DNA of 64,000 nt, taken from a virus. Its lineage: Duplodnaviria; Caudoviricetes. Shown piece by piece: positions 1-10,705 of the stretch; positions within the stretch are counted from its first letter, which is position 1; every line of letters starts with the position of its first letter. The translations under genes and the position numbers were made by a program. Location: IMG/VR virus record IMGVR_UViG_3300025016_000004. One strand, written 5' to 3'. Below the pieces are notes generated by a model. The model had not been told where the DNA came from, did not search any database, and saw only the letters and a program-made list of their open reading frames with translations.

Positions 1-307
1 CCTTCTTAGATTGTTTGATACTATCTCTATTTGAACCTAATGTTTTATCAACCCATAACCTAGTTATTTTACCACCAATAAGTTTATACTCACTATCTGA
101 ACCATCACCTTCATAACTATCAAAGTAGTTTTTTAATCTTTTCATTTGAGCATAAGAAACTTTTCTATCTGATACAATATCTTTAGCTCTTTTAACCCCC
201 TTAGCATGGTCATCATTTGTAATAACCATTTTAAGAGCTTGATTAACTTTATTAAAGACTTTATCAGGTACGTTAAAGTACTTATCTTGTAAACTACTAT
301 TAGGCAT
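1..307 (-). CDS. Hypothetical phage protein, partial (runs off the window start)
   Basis: My translation from ATG (plus-strand cat 305-307) gives MPNSSLQDKYFNVPDKVFNKV...KQSKK, open for 102 codons; it overlaps the stop of 300..1013. Not in the ORF track. Confidence 0.75.
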   Translation of the reverse strand, partial: MPNSSLQDKYFNVPDKVFNKVNQALKMVITNDDHAKGVKRAKDIVSDRKVSYAQMKRLKNYFDSYEGDGSDSEYKLIGGKITRLWVDKTLGSNRDSIKQSKK

Positions 308-1013
308 TCGGTTTTAATTTATTTATTATAGAGTTTATTATCATATCTATTGTTTCAGGTTTATCACTTAACCCATTCATATTAATACTATTAACTAAAT
401 TATTAATACCACGGTCAACACTAGCTGGTAATTCTTTACCATCAATTATTGCGTTATCATTATAATCAGAATCTAATCCTTCTAATAATGATATAGCTTT
501 TTCTTTAGCTAATCTATCAAATTCTTCAGCGGTAACACCCATAACACGAGGGCCAACACTATTCACATTATATAAATATCTGTTAGGTTGAATTGCTACT
601 GTATTGAATTCATCTGATGTTGCTTGTGGTGCTGTTTTTATTTCAGTATTATTAACATTCTTTTCATCACCAGAAATGGGGGCTCCAAGTGCATTTACAA
701 ATTCATCTAAATTACCTTCTTCAACACCACCATTAAGTTCTGGGCGACTATAAAGTTTTGGGTAATTTATTTTAATGAATTCCTCAACTTGATTTGGGAT
801 ATTTGATAACACATCCATTTCTGGATACATAGCGTCATATATCTTCATAACAACATTTTCACCTTGAATAGGATTTAACTTTTTTAATATTGGACTTAAA
901 AATTCTTCAATCGCTTCTTGATAATCATCACCCAATCTTTCAGAATTATCATACCCACCTTCTTTAAGGTTTACCTTATAGTTTTTGATATCTTTTTTCT
1001 TTAAAGTTTGCAT
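300..1013 (-). CDS. Hypothetical protein
   Basis: 237-aa ORF with a sense-strand TATTTATA motif 14 nt upstream (plus-strand tataaata 1027-1034). Confidence 0.75.
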   Translation of the reverse strand: MQTLKKKDIKNYKVNLKEGGYDNSERLGDDYQEAIEEFLSPILKKLNPIQGENVVMKIYDAMYPEMDVLSNIPNQVEEFIKINYPKLYSRPELNGGVEEGNLDEFVNALGAPISGDEKNVNNTEIKTAPQATSDEFNTVAIQPNRYLYNVNSVGPRVMGVTAEEFDRLAKEKAISLLEGLDSDYNDNAIIDGKELPASVDRGINNLVNSINMNGLSDKPETIDMIINSIINKLKPNA

Positions 1014-1073
1014 ATATTCATTTTTATATAAATATAACCGAAAAGGTTAATATTTATATACAAACGTATATTT

Positions 1074-4000
1074 ATGTCTTTTGTAACCAAATTAGATTAC
1101 TCAGATAATAGACAAATAAAGCAATTCCAATTAACGAATACTAAACTTTCTGGAACAACAGAGTTCGGTCTTGATGTTAATGATTTGGGTGGTGTCAATG
1201 AATCAACAGTTTATCAAACTGGAACTTTAGTTAATATTACTTCGACTTTCTCAGGAAATTCAAGTACAACTATTTTTTGGTTTGGCGACTCTAGTATGAT
1301 TCCCGCAGCATCAAGTTTATATGCTATTACTAACTTAACATCAGGTGATACCCAAACTGCAAGAGGTTTTGAGGGTGTTGGTCCTACTATTGTCGATGGT
1401 AATAATATCTATAGTGGTTATACAGGTTCTACTTATGACCTTATAGTTACAGCGATAACTGAAACAGGTGTTAATGAATGGACTGGTGAAACTTATTCAA
1501 GTAATGTTGCTATTTTAAGTGGTGCTTCAGCTGATTTTACTGGTAGAGCTATATGGGTTGACGTTTTAGGTGTTACTAGGACCAAACGTTTAATTTTAGC
1601 CGATAAACCAGATTCTTTAACTGGTGTTACAACTGTATTAACTAGAGATGAATTTGGCGATATTTATGAAGTTGAATTCAGTGCTGTAACAAATGATAAT
1701 TATATTTCTGGTGCAACTTTTAGCGCATCAACTGGTGATTTACTCTTAATAAATACATCAGGTGAAACCATAACAACTAATCTTGATGGTAGATATCTAC
1801 CGTTATCTGCAACAACTGGTGATGACTATGTAACTGGAAGTACTTATGATTCATCTACTGGGTTAATTACATTTGAAAGACTTTCAGGTGGTACATTTAC
1901 TGCTAATATTGGTATTACTTCAGGTGATACAACTAATTGGGATTCAGCTTATAACAATATAATAACTGGTGTTACTGTAACTGGAACTAGTAATAAAACA
2001 TTAACTCTTACGCAAAGAAATGGTGTTACTATAACAACCTCTTTTGTTGATTTAACTGGTGGTGGAGCTGGTGAGACTATTACTGGTATAACGTTTAATA
2101 CAACTAACGGTGATTTAATCCTTACAACTAATTCAGGTAGTACAATCCCAACCAATTTAGATGGTAGATACTCATTAACTGGACACACCCACGATTTTAG
2201 TGGTTTAACAAACACAGGTCATACTCATGTTATTAGTGAAATAACTGATTTCCCAACCAACGTTTCATTTTTCACAAATGATGTTGGTTATTTAACGGCT
2301 TATACAAATACGGATAATTATTTAACAACCCATACCTTTAACACAAGTACTGGATTATTTGAATCCACATTACAATCTGGTGGTACTGTTTCAGTTAACC
2401 TTGATGGTAGATACGCATTTAGTTCAGGTCATACACATACGGTATCTGATATCACCGATTTTCCAACTGATTTATCAGCATTCACAAATAGTGTTGGTTA
2501 CATAACTGGATTCACTGATACGAATGATAATGATTATGTATCATCTGCTGGATTTGATATTGGTACTGGCGTATTAACTTTAACTAGATTATCTGGTGGA
2601 ACTGTAACAGTTGATTTGGATGATAGGTATTCATTAAGTGGTCATACACACCCTCAATATTTAACTGGTTATACAGATAATAATGATTATATTACATCTG
2701 GTTCATTCAACCCAGCAAATGGTGAAGTAACCCTTACAAGAGTTTCAGGTGGGACAGTAGTATACAATTTAGATGGTAGATATAGTCTTACTGGCCATAC
2801 TCATACTGTATCTGAAATAACTGATTTTCCAAGTGTTGTCTCATACTTCACAAATGATGTTGGGTATTTAACGGCCTATACGGATACAAATATATTCGTT
2901 AGTGGTGGAACTTTTAATTCTGAAATATTAGAATTCACAAATACATCAGGTGGCACATTTAATATAGATTTAAGCAACACATATACATTAACAGGGCATA
3001 CTCATACTGTTAGTAATATTACCGATTTTCCAACAAATATTTCATACTTCACCAATGACGTAGGTTATATCACAGGATTCACAGACACAAATGATTATGT
3101 AACTAGTGGGGTATTTGATATTTCAACTGGTAATTTAACATTAACAAGAGTTTCAGGTGGAACTGTTGTAACAAATTTAGATAATAGGTATTCATTAACT
3201 GGTCATACACATGTTGGTCTTTCTGATGATTATGTGTCATCCGCTGGATTTGATATTAGTACTGGGGTATTAACCCTAACTAGAATAAGTGGTGGAACAG
3301 TTACGGTTGATTTGGACGATAGATATTCATTAAGTGGACACACACACACTGTATCTGAAATAACAGATTTTCCAATTGTTATCAGCTATTTCACAAATGA
3401 TGTTGGGTATTTAACTGCATATACAGATACAAATATATTTGTATCAGGTGGTACATTCAGTTCTGAATTATTAGAATTCACCAACACTTCAGGTGGAACA
3501 TTCAATATAGATTTAAGTAATACGTATGCGTTAACAGGCCATACTCATACGATTAGTGATATAACTGATTATGTGGTGGTTGATGATTATGTTACTACAG
3601 CTTCATTAAATCAATCGACTGGTGATTTGACGTTAACAAGACTTTCAGGTGATACTGTTGTTACTAATTTAGGGTTTACTTCAGGTGATACAACCAACTG
3701 GAACTCAGCTTATAACGACATAATAACTGGTGCTACTTTCACTGGACTTGCAACTAAAACATTAACTCTTACACAAAGGGACGGTAATACAATAACAGCT
3801 AATTTCACAGATAATAGTGGTGGTGGAGCTGGTGAGACTATTACTGGTGCAACATTTGATACGTCAACTGGTGATTTAGATTTAAATAGTAATTCAGGTA
3901 ATACTATTACAACTAATTTAGATGGTAGATATTCATTAACTGGTCATACTCACGTTGTTGCAGACATAACAGATTTCCCAACTGATTTAAGTGGATTTAC

Positions 4001-6926
4001 TAACGGACCAGGTTACATAACTGGATTTACTGATACAAACGATAATATATTTGTAAGCGGAGCCACATTCAATACGGGTGATGGTGTGTTAGAATTTACC
4101 AATACTTCAGGTGGAACCTTTAATATCGATTTAGATGGAAGGTATTTAACTGGATATACAGATAATGATGATTACGTAACTAGTGCTACGTTTAATGCTG
4201 GGACTGGTGATTTAACTCTTTCAACGTTAAGTGGAAATACAATAATTGAAAATCTTGATGGTAGATACCTAACTGGGTATACTGAAACTGGGAATACTGA
4301 TGATTATGTAACAAGTGGTTCTTTCAACACAACTAACGGTGAAGTAACCCTTACTAGAGTAAGCGGTGGAACTGTTGTATATGATTTAGATGGGAGGTAT
4401 TCATTAACAGGGCATACTCATGATTTTAGTACTTTAACTAATACAGGTCATACGCATGATTTTAGCGAAATAACCAATACAGGTCATACTCATACGGTAT
4501 CTGAAATAACAGATTTTCCAACTGATTTAAGTGCATTTACAAATAGTGTTGGTTATATAACTGGATTCACAGATACAAATGATTATTTAACTACACATAC
4601 ATTTAACACTTCAACTGGATTATTTGAGTCTACATTGCAAAGTGGTGGAACGGTATCTGTTAACCTTGATGGTAGATATTTACCAATCTCAGCATATACA
4701 GATAACGATACAAATATCTTTGTAAGTGGTGGTACTTTTAACTCTGAAATATTAGAATTCACAAATACAAGTGGTGGAACATTCAACATAGATTTAAGCA
4801 ACACTTATTCATTAACTGGTCACACTCATACAATTAGTGATATTACTGATTATGTAGTAGTTGACGATTATGTAAATTCAGCTGGGTTTGATATTGGTAC
4901 TGGTGTATTAACTTTAACTAGATTATCTGGTGGAACCGTAACAGTTGATTTAGATGATAGGTATTCATTAAGTGGTCATACCCATGACTTTAGTGAGTTA
5001 ACAAATACAGGTCATACTCATACGGTAAGTGAAATAACTGATTTCCCAATAAATGTATCATATTTCACAAATGATGTCGGTTATTTAACGGCTTATACGG
5101 ATACAAATATCTTTGTATCAGGCGCAACATTCAATACTGGAAATGGAATTATTGAATTTACAAACACAAGTGGTGGAACATTTAATGTTGATATTGATAA
5201 TAGATACTTATTATCTTCAGATTATAATCCAACGGATGATTATGTAACTTCTGGGTCATTTAACACAACAAATGGTGTCTTAACTCTTACTAGATTAAGT
5301 GGTGGAACTGTTACAACAAATTTAGATAATCGTTATTCATTAACTGGGCATACCCATGACCTTTCTGGACTAACCAATACTGGTCATACCCATACGGTTT
5401 CTGAAGTAACAGATTTTCCAACTAATGTAAGTTTTTTCACTAATGATGTTGGTTATTTAACTGGTTATACTGAAACTGGAAATACGGATGATTATGTAAC
5501 TGGTGGTACATTTAACGTAACAAACGGTAATTTAACACTTACAAGAGTTTCAGGTGGTACCGTTAATGTAGACCTTGATGGTAGATATCTACTAATAACG
5601 GGATTTACTGCACCTACTGGTCTTGAAGCTATTGATGAAGGGAATGGAATTGGTTGGAGATTAATTAGTAGAAATTCGAGTAACTTTGGTGATATAGGAT
5701 TAGATGCTGTAGATTTTAGTAGAAGTACTTCAACATCTACAACTAGAGGGGCTGTTGGTGATTTTAGTTTTGCGGCTGGAGAAAATAATATAGTATTATC
5801 TGATAGAGGTACTGTTTTTGGTTCTGATAATACACTTGATTTAGCTGCATCTAGAGGGTTTGTTTGTGGTTATCAAAATACAGCTAACAATCAATACACC
5901 TTTGTCGCAAATAGAAAAAATTTAGCTTCTGGGAATGCATCATCAGCATTTGGTTTTAGTACTGTAGCTAGTGGTGAAGAATCATTTGCAATTGGTGATG
6001 ACTCTATAGCGGCTGGTACTACTTCATTTTGTGCTGGTGATGGTGGTACAGCTAATGGGGCTTATTCATCAACTTTAGGTGGTCAACTTAATAATTCTAA
6101 CGGTGATAGTTCAGCTTGTTTAGGCGTTGATAATGATGCTTATTCTTATGGTGAATTCTCAATAGGTATTGCATCTACAGTATATATACCAACTAGTACT
6201 ATTGCTTGGGCGGCTACTGATAGGGTTTTTAATGTTGGTAATGGGGTTGCTTTTGGTGTTAAAAGTGACGCTTTTACTATTTTAAAAAATGGTACTATAA
6301 CAGCACCTAGCTTAAGTAATGATATTATACTAACTGGTGATTCTAAAATAATAATAACTAAAGATTATCTAAATACCTATTATTCACCGACTTCAGGTAT
6401 TACAAATAATAATGATTACGTTACTTCAGGTTCATTTAATCCAGCAAATGGTGAAGTAACACTTACAAGACTTTCAGGTGGTACCGTTGTTTATGATTTA
6501 GATGGTAGATATAGTTTAACTGGTCATACTCACCCAGAATTTGATAATTATTTATTCTTATCTGGCGGTACTTTAACAGGGCCTGTTACTGGTACGACTT
6601 TCAACGTATCTGACGCATTATTAGATTATCAAGAAAATCTTGATGTTCTTTCTGCGGCAACTGAAGTTGTGGCTACAGTTTCTAAATTGACTTATGACGC
6701 TGTATTCTTTGATTATGTTGTTAAAAAAGATAGTAATTTAAGGGCTGGTATTGTTATGGCTGTACATGATGGCACTTCAGTAACTTATACAGATACTTCA
6801 ACAGCTGATTTAGGTGATACTTCAGGCGTGGTATTTACAGTTAATATTTCAGGTAACGATTTAAGATTAGTAGCTAGTGTAACTACAGATAATTGGATAA
6901 TTAAAACACTATTAAGAGGAATTTAA
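1074..6926 (+). CDS. Giant repeat-rich tail fibre or virion adhesin with YadA/Hep_Hag-like beta-roll segment
   Basis: 1950 aa. Interspersed repeat modules (DYVTSGxFNxxTGxLTLTRxSGGTVxxxLDGRY; GHTHTVSEITDFP; NIFVSGGTFN..LEFTNTSGGTFNIDL), about 19 GHTH motifs, and an SxAxGxxxxA-type segment at about 5750-6260. Confidence 0.8.
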   Translation: MSFVTKLDYSDNRQIKQFQLTNTKLSGTTEFGLDVNDLGGVNESTVYQTGTLVNITSTFSGNSSTTIFWFGDSSMIPAASSLYAITNLTSGDTQTARGFEGVGPTIVDGNNIYSGYTGSTYDLIVTAITETGVNEWTGETYSSNVAILSGASADFTGRAIWVDVLGVTRTKRLILADKPDSLTGVTTVLTRDEFGDIYEVEFSAVTNDNYISGATFSASTGDLLLINTSGETITTNLDGRYLPLSATTGDDYVTGSTYDSSTGLITFERLSGGTFTANIGITSGDTTNWDSAYNNIITGVTVTGTSNKTLTLTQRNGVTITTSFVDLTGGGAGETITGITFNTTNGDLILTTNSGSTIPTNLDGRYSLTGHTHDFSGLTNTGHTHVISEITDFPTNVSFFTNDVGYLTAYTNTDNYLTTHTFNTSTGLFESTLQSGGTVSVNLDGRYAFSSGHTHTVSDITDFPTDLSAFTNSVGYITGFTDTNDNDYVSSAGFDIGTGVLTLTRLSGGTVTVDLDDRYSLSGHTHPQYLTGYTDNNDYITSGSFNPANGEVTLTRVSGGTVVYNLDGRYSLTGHTHTVSEITDFPSVVSYFTNDVGYLTAYTDTNIFVSGGTFNSEILEFTNTSGGTFNIDLSNTYTLTGHTHTVSNITDFPTNISYFTNDVGYITGFTDTNDYVTSGVFDISTGNLTLTRVSGGTVVTNLDNRYSLTGHTHVGLSDDYVSSAGFDISTGVLTLTRISGGTVTVDLDDRYSLSGHTHTVSEITDFPIVISYFTNDVGYLTAYTDTNIFVSGGTFSSELLEFTNTSGGTFNIDLSNTYALTGHTHTISDITDYVVVDDYVTTASLNQSTGDLTLTRLSGDTVVTNLGFTSGDTTNWNSAYNDIITGATFTGLATKTLTLTQRDGNTITANFTDNSGGGAGETITGATFDTSTGDLDLNSNSGNTITTNLDGRYSLTGHTHVVADITDFPTDLSGFTNGPGYITGFTDTNDNIFVSGATFNTGDGVLEFTNTSGGTFNIDLDGRYLTGYTDNDDYVTSATFNAGTGDLTLSTLSGNTIIENLDGRYLTGYTETGNTDDYVTSGSFNTTNGEVTLTRVSGGTVVYDLDGRYSLTGHTHDFSTLTNTGHTHDFSEITNTGHTHTVSEITDFPTDLSAFTNSVGYITGFTDTNDYLTTHTFNTSTGLFESTLQSGGTVSVNLDGRYLPISAYTDNDTNIFVSGGTFNSEILEFTNTSGGTFNIDLSNTYSLTGHTHTISDITDYVVVDDYVNSAGFDIGTGVLTLTRLSGGTVTVDLDDRYSLSGHTHDFSELTNTGHTHTVSEITDFPINVSYFTNDVGYLTAYTDTNIFVSGATFNTGNGIIEFTNTSGGTFNVDIDNRYLLSSDYNPTDDYVTSGSFNTTNGVLTLTRLSGGTVTTNLDNRYSLTGHTHDLSGLTNTGHTHTVSEVTDFPTNVSFFTNDVGYLTGYTETGNTDDYVTGGTFNVTNGNLTLTRVSGGTVNVDLDGRYLLITGFTAPTGLEAIDEGNGIGWRLISRNSSNFGDIGLDAVDFSRSTSTSTTRGAVGDFSFAAGENNIVLSDRGTVFGSDNTLDLAASRGFVCGYQNTANNQYTFVANRKNLASGNASSAFGFSTVASGEESFAIGDDSIAAGTTSFCAGDGGTANGAYSSTLGGQLNNSNGDSSACLGVDNDAYSYGEFSIGIASTVYIPTSTIAWAATDRVFNVGNGVAFGVKSDAFTILKNGTITAPSLSNDIILTGDSKIIITKDYLNTYYSPTSGITNNNDYVTSGSFNPANGEVTLTRLSGGTVVYDLDGRYSLTGHTHPEFDNYLFLSGGTLTGPVTGTTFNVSDALLDYQENLDVLSAATEVVATVSKLTYDAVFFDYVVKKDSNLRAGIVMAVHDGTSVTYTDTSTADLGDTSGVVFTVNISGNDLRLVASVTTDNWIIKTLLRGI

Positions 6927-6984
6927 ATATTATTTGAGATATTTATTAGTAATACCTTTGGATAGTTGGAAGAAGGATTAAACT

Positions 6985-9900
6985 ATGGCAAACGAATTTA
7001 TTATACGTAACGGATTTATTTCTAAATCTGGTTCTACGGTACAGAATTTTTTAAACGTTAGTGGAAACACTACATCAGCCGCATTTGTAACAATTGGTGG
7101 AACAGAATTACAATTTGTAAAAGGTGATGGTACATTAGATTCAAATACATATTTAACGGGGGTAACTGATGCTAACATATCATTTAGTGGCACACCTAAC
7201 TACGTGCCAGTATTTGATGCTTCAAGTAATTTAACCGATTCACCAATTTATATTAGTGGGGGAAGTAGCAACGTTGGTATAGGCACTACAGGTCCAACTG
7301 AAAAATTACATGTATCTGGAAATACATTAATGACTGGTAAAGTAGCTGCTTCTGGTGCAACATTAACTGGTTTATCAAATCAAGGTTCTGAAGCTACCGC
7401 TTTAGTGATTGATAGTTCTGGAATTGTTGGGACAAGGGAGTTAGGTAGTGGTGCGTTTGTTTCTAGTGGTAGTTACTTATTAGATACAACAGATACATTT
7501 ACAGGTGTTTTAACCATAAATGGAGAAATAATCTCAACTGGTAATATCTATTCACAAACCAACTTACTTTTAGATTCCAACAAACGTATAGTTTTTGATA
7601 CTGATTTTGACGGATTTTCTTTTATCGAAAATGATTTTACAAATACATATTCTCACGGTATAAACGCTATGATTCACGGAGGGTATCCAACAGGACATCA
7701 TTTTATTGATGGAGAGGATAGTACTTATACCCCAGTTTATGCTAGTAACTTCACAGCAACTGGTACACTACAAGGTACAAGATTAATATCTACACAAACA
7801 ACAGGTACTGCACCATTTACAGTTGCTAGTACAACAGTAGTACCTAATCTTAATGCCGATTTGTTAGATGGTGTACAAGGTTCTAGTTTTTTAAGAAGTG
7901 ATGTGGCTGATACGAAAACATCAGGAAATTTAATATTCAATAATGATATTAGGCTTCAATTTGGTAATACTCCAAATGTTGATTTAAGAAGTTTTTCTGG
8001 GGGGGATTTTGGTATTACTACTTATATTAGTACAGGAGACCCTAATATAGTATTTAAAAGGGATGCATCAATCCAGTTTACATTTAATATGCCATCTGGT
8101 AACTTCATAGCAACTGGTGAAATAAGAAATTTAGCAAATAAATTTTATATTGGAAATAGTGATACAAGAACTATTATAAGAGACAATAATAGTGGAGCTA
8201 CTATCATATCTCAAAACCAAGTTGGGGGTGGAACTTTATTTTTCAGACCTAATAATGATGTTTCACCAGTTGGTCAAGCAACTCTTGAACCATCTGGTAA
8301 CTTCATAGCAACTGGAGCAATATTTTCAAAAAATTCGATGACTATTGATAATGGTTTAGCCGATGGAGGCTCATTATCATTACGTTCTCTTGGATATAAT
8401 AGTTGGGAATTTGATAACTTTTCTGGGGCTTTAAGAATGTTTCAAGGTGGAACTGTTAAACAGACAATATTAGAGAACGGTAATGTCGGTATTGGAACTA
8501 GTACACCTGATTATTTATTTGAAGTAGAAAACCCAAGCGGACCTGGTGCTTTTACAACTATAGCTAATTTTAAATCAGGAACAGATGCTGATAATACAGG
8601 AGCTCAGATTAATGTTGGTATGAATTCGAGGGGCTGGTTCGTGAGAGCTGGTCGCAATGTTGGGAATGTTGCAATATCAACTATGGGTCAAAGAGAATCT
8701 TACGGTTCTTTTGATTATATGACATTTAAAGGAGGTAATATAGGTATCGGTACTGCATCACCTAATGAACTTTTAGAAGTTGCTGGTAGTACTGGTGCTA
8801 CAATTAGAATAACAAGTACCAAAAATGGAACTTGGACAGTTGGTGAAGAATTAGGTGCGTTAGAGTTTTATGGTTCAGATACATCAGGAGCAGGAGCCAA
8901 TGTAAAAGCATCTATTAGAGTTTCTGACTTTAACACTTTTGGAGCAGCTCATAATATGACATTCTATACAAATGGTGGTACTACTGAAGCCGAAAGAATG
9001 AGAATTACTGCTACTGGAAACGTAAGTATTGGTAACACAAATGATACTTACAAACTAGATGTAAGTGGTACTTGTAGGTTTACAGGAGCATTAAGAGCAG
9101 AAGGTAATATACAATTAGCTAGTGATGCATCAACAATCGTCAATGGTAATAATGCTAGTATATTAAGAAATAACGGTTCTTCAACTATTATTTCATCACA
9201 GAATAACATTATGTATTTCAGACCAGTTGGTGATGCTAGTACTACGGGTCAAGCAACTCTTGATACAGCAGGTAATTTTATAACAACTGGAGCAATAACT
9301 TCAAAAAATTCGATGACTATTGATAATGGTTTAGCTGATGGAGGCTCATTATCATTATTTTCTCTTGGACATAATAGTTGGCAATTTGATAACTTTTCTG
9401 GGGCTTTAAGAATGTTTCAAGGTGGAACTGTTAAACAGACAATATTAGAGAACGGTAATGTAGGTATTGGTACAACAACACCTCAATCAAGAATACACGT
9501 ACAAAATAATTCTGACAATGCTAATATAGCGATGTTTAAAGGATTTTCAACAAATATCAATGACGTAACTACAATTAGCGTTAATAATGGGTTTTCAACA
9601 GAATATGGTAAGCAAGTTAAGATAGGGGCGGTTGCTGAATCAGCAAGTTCTAATGCAACTGGAATGGCTTTATTTACTTCACCTAATAGCAGCACAGCGT
9701 TAGAAAGAGTAAGAATTTCATCTGATGGTAACGTAGGTATTGGTACAACATCTCCAGCATACAAACTAGATGTAACTGGTACAGGTAGGTTTACTGGGGA
9801 TGTGACTGCCACAAATTTTGTGTTAAGCTCTGATAAAAGATTAAAAACAAAAATTAAAGATTTAGAAATTGAGCCTATTAATATTAATTGGAAACAATTT

Positions 9901-10077
9901 GAACTTAAATCAGAAGCTGGTCAAAAAAGGTATGGGGTAATAGCTCAAGAGTTAGAAAAAGACCACCCTAGTTTTATTAGAACAAATGCTGAAGGTATGA
10001 AGTCTGTAGCATATATAGATTTACTTATTGCCAAGGTAGCTGAATTAGAAGCAAGAATAAATAAATTAGAGAAATAA
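6985..10077 (+). CDS. Tail fibre with C-terminal intramolecular chaperone (peptidase S74-like)
   Basis: Repeated GNVGIGTTxP motifs; C-terminal SSDKRLKTKIKDL...GVIAQELEK...VAYIDLLIAKVAELEARINKLE is the typical S74 auto-cleaving chaperone with a coiled coil. Confidence 0.85.
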   Translation: MANEFIIRNGFISKSGSTVQNFLNVSGNTTSAAFVTIGGTELQFVKGDGTLDSNTYLTGVTDANISFSGTPNYVPVFDASSNLTDSPIYISGGSSNVGIGTTGPTEKLHVSGNTLMTGKVAASGATLTGLSNQGSEATALVIDSSGIVGTRELGSGAFVSSGSYLLDTTDTFTGVLTINGEIISTGNIYSQTNLLLDSNKRIVFDTDFDGFSFIENDFTNTYSHGINAMIHGGYPTGHHFIDGEDSTYTPVYASNFTATGTLQGTRLISTQTTGTAPFTVASTTVVPNLNADLLDGVQGSSFLRSDVADTKTSGNLIFNNDIRLQFGNTPNVDLRSFSGGDFGITTYISTGDPNIVFKRDASIQFTFNMPSGNFIATGEIRNLANKFYIGNSDTRTIIRDNNSGATIISQNQVGGGTLFFRPNNDVSPVGQATLEPSGNFIATGAIFSKNSMTIDNGLADGGSLSLRSLGYNSWEFDNFSGALRMFQGGTVKQTILENGNVGIGTSTPDYLFEVENPSGPGAFTTIANFKSGTDADNTGAQINVGMNSRGWFVRAGRNVGNVAISTMGQRESYGSFDYMTFKGGNIGIGTASPNELLEVAGSTGATIRITSTKNGTWTVGEELGALEFYGSDTSGAGANVKASIRVSDFNTFGAAHNMTFYTNGGTTEAERMRITATGNVSIGNTNDTYKLDVSGTCRFTGALRAEGNIQLASDASTIVNGNNASILRNNGSSTIISSQNNIMYFRPVGDASTTGQATLDTAGNFITTGAITSKNSMTIDNGLADGGSLSLFSLGHNSWQFDNFSGALRMFQGGTVKQTILENGNVGIGTTTPQSRIHVQNNSDNANIAMFKGFSTNINDVTTISVNNGFSTEYGKQVKIGAVAESASSNATGMALFTSPNSSTALERVRISSDGNVGIGTTSPAYKLDVTGTGRFTGDVTATNFVLSSDKRLKTKIKDLEIEPININWKQFELKSEAGQKRYGVIAQELEKDHPSFIRTNAEGMKSVAYIDLLIAKVAELEARINKLEK

Positions 10078-10082
10078 TTATA

Positions 10083-10703
10083 ATGAAGAAATATCACTAC
10101 TTATATATAACAGAAAATCTAATAAATAAAAAATTATATATTGGAGTACATTCTACTGATAATATAGAAGATGGTTATTTAGGTTCTGGTATGAATATTT
10201 TACGAGCTATAAAAAAATATGGAAAAGAAAATTTTGAAAGAGAAATTATTGAGTTTTTTGATTCTAGGGAAGAGGTAGAAGAAGCAGAAAAATTAATTGT
10301 TAATAAATATGTAGTAGATTGTAATCTATTTTATAATTTAAAAGAGGGTGGATGCCTTCCTCCTATAATGATAGGGAAAGATAATCCTATGTTTGGTAAA
10401 GAAAAAAATAAAGACACTAAATCTAAAATTTCTAATTCATTAAAAATATACCAAAGCAAAAATGGGTACAATAAACCTAATCTAGGTAAAAATTTTAGTG
10501 AAGAGTGGAAAGAAAATATAGGAAAAAGCCTAACTGGTAAAAAGAGACCAGAAATGTCAAGCAAAGTTTCTAGTCCAGTACAACATACTAAATTAAATAT
10601 ATTTTTTTCAAGCCTAAAAGAAGCTTGTGTAGTAATGGATATAAATTTAAGTACTGAGAGAGGTAGAATGTGGAGAAACAAATCTGATTTTAAATTTATA
10701 TAA
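10083..10703 (+). CDS. Free-standing GIY-YIG homing endonuclease (Seg-like) with NUMOD3-type repeats
   Basis: YLYITENLINKKLYIGVHST..YLGSG...E..E...YNLKEGG catalytic motifs; NPMFGK and GKNFSEEWKENIGKSLTGK DNA-binding motifs. Confidence 0.85.
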   Translation: MKKYHYLYITENLINKKLYIGVHSTDNIEDGYLGSGMNILRAIKKYGKENFEREIIEFFDSREEVEEAEKLIVNKYVVDCNLFYNLKEGGCLPPIMIGKDNPMFGKEKNKDTKSKISNSLKIYQSKNGYNKPNLGKNFSEEWKENIGKSLTGKKRPEMSSKVSSPVQHTKLNIFFSSLKEACVVMDINLSTERGRMWRNKSDFKFI

Positions 10704-10705
10704 AA

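Noticed and set aside
1690-5600. CRISPR array or non-coding repeats
   Set aside because: The repeats are codon-degenerate, in frame and irregularly spaced, with no constant repeat-spacer period.
8325-9470. Diversity-generating retroelement TR/VR pair
   Set aside because: The mismatches are C/T, G/T and G/C rather than adenine-specific, both copies are in frame in one gene, and no reverse transcriptase is in the window.
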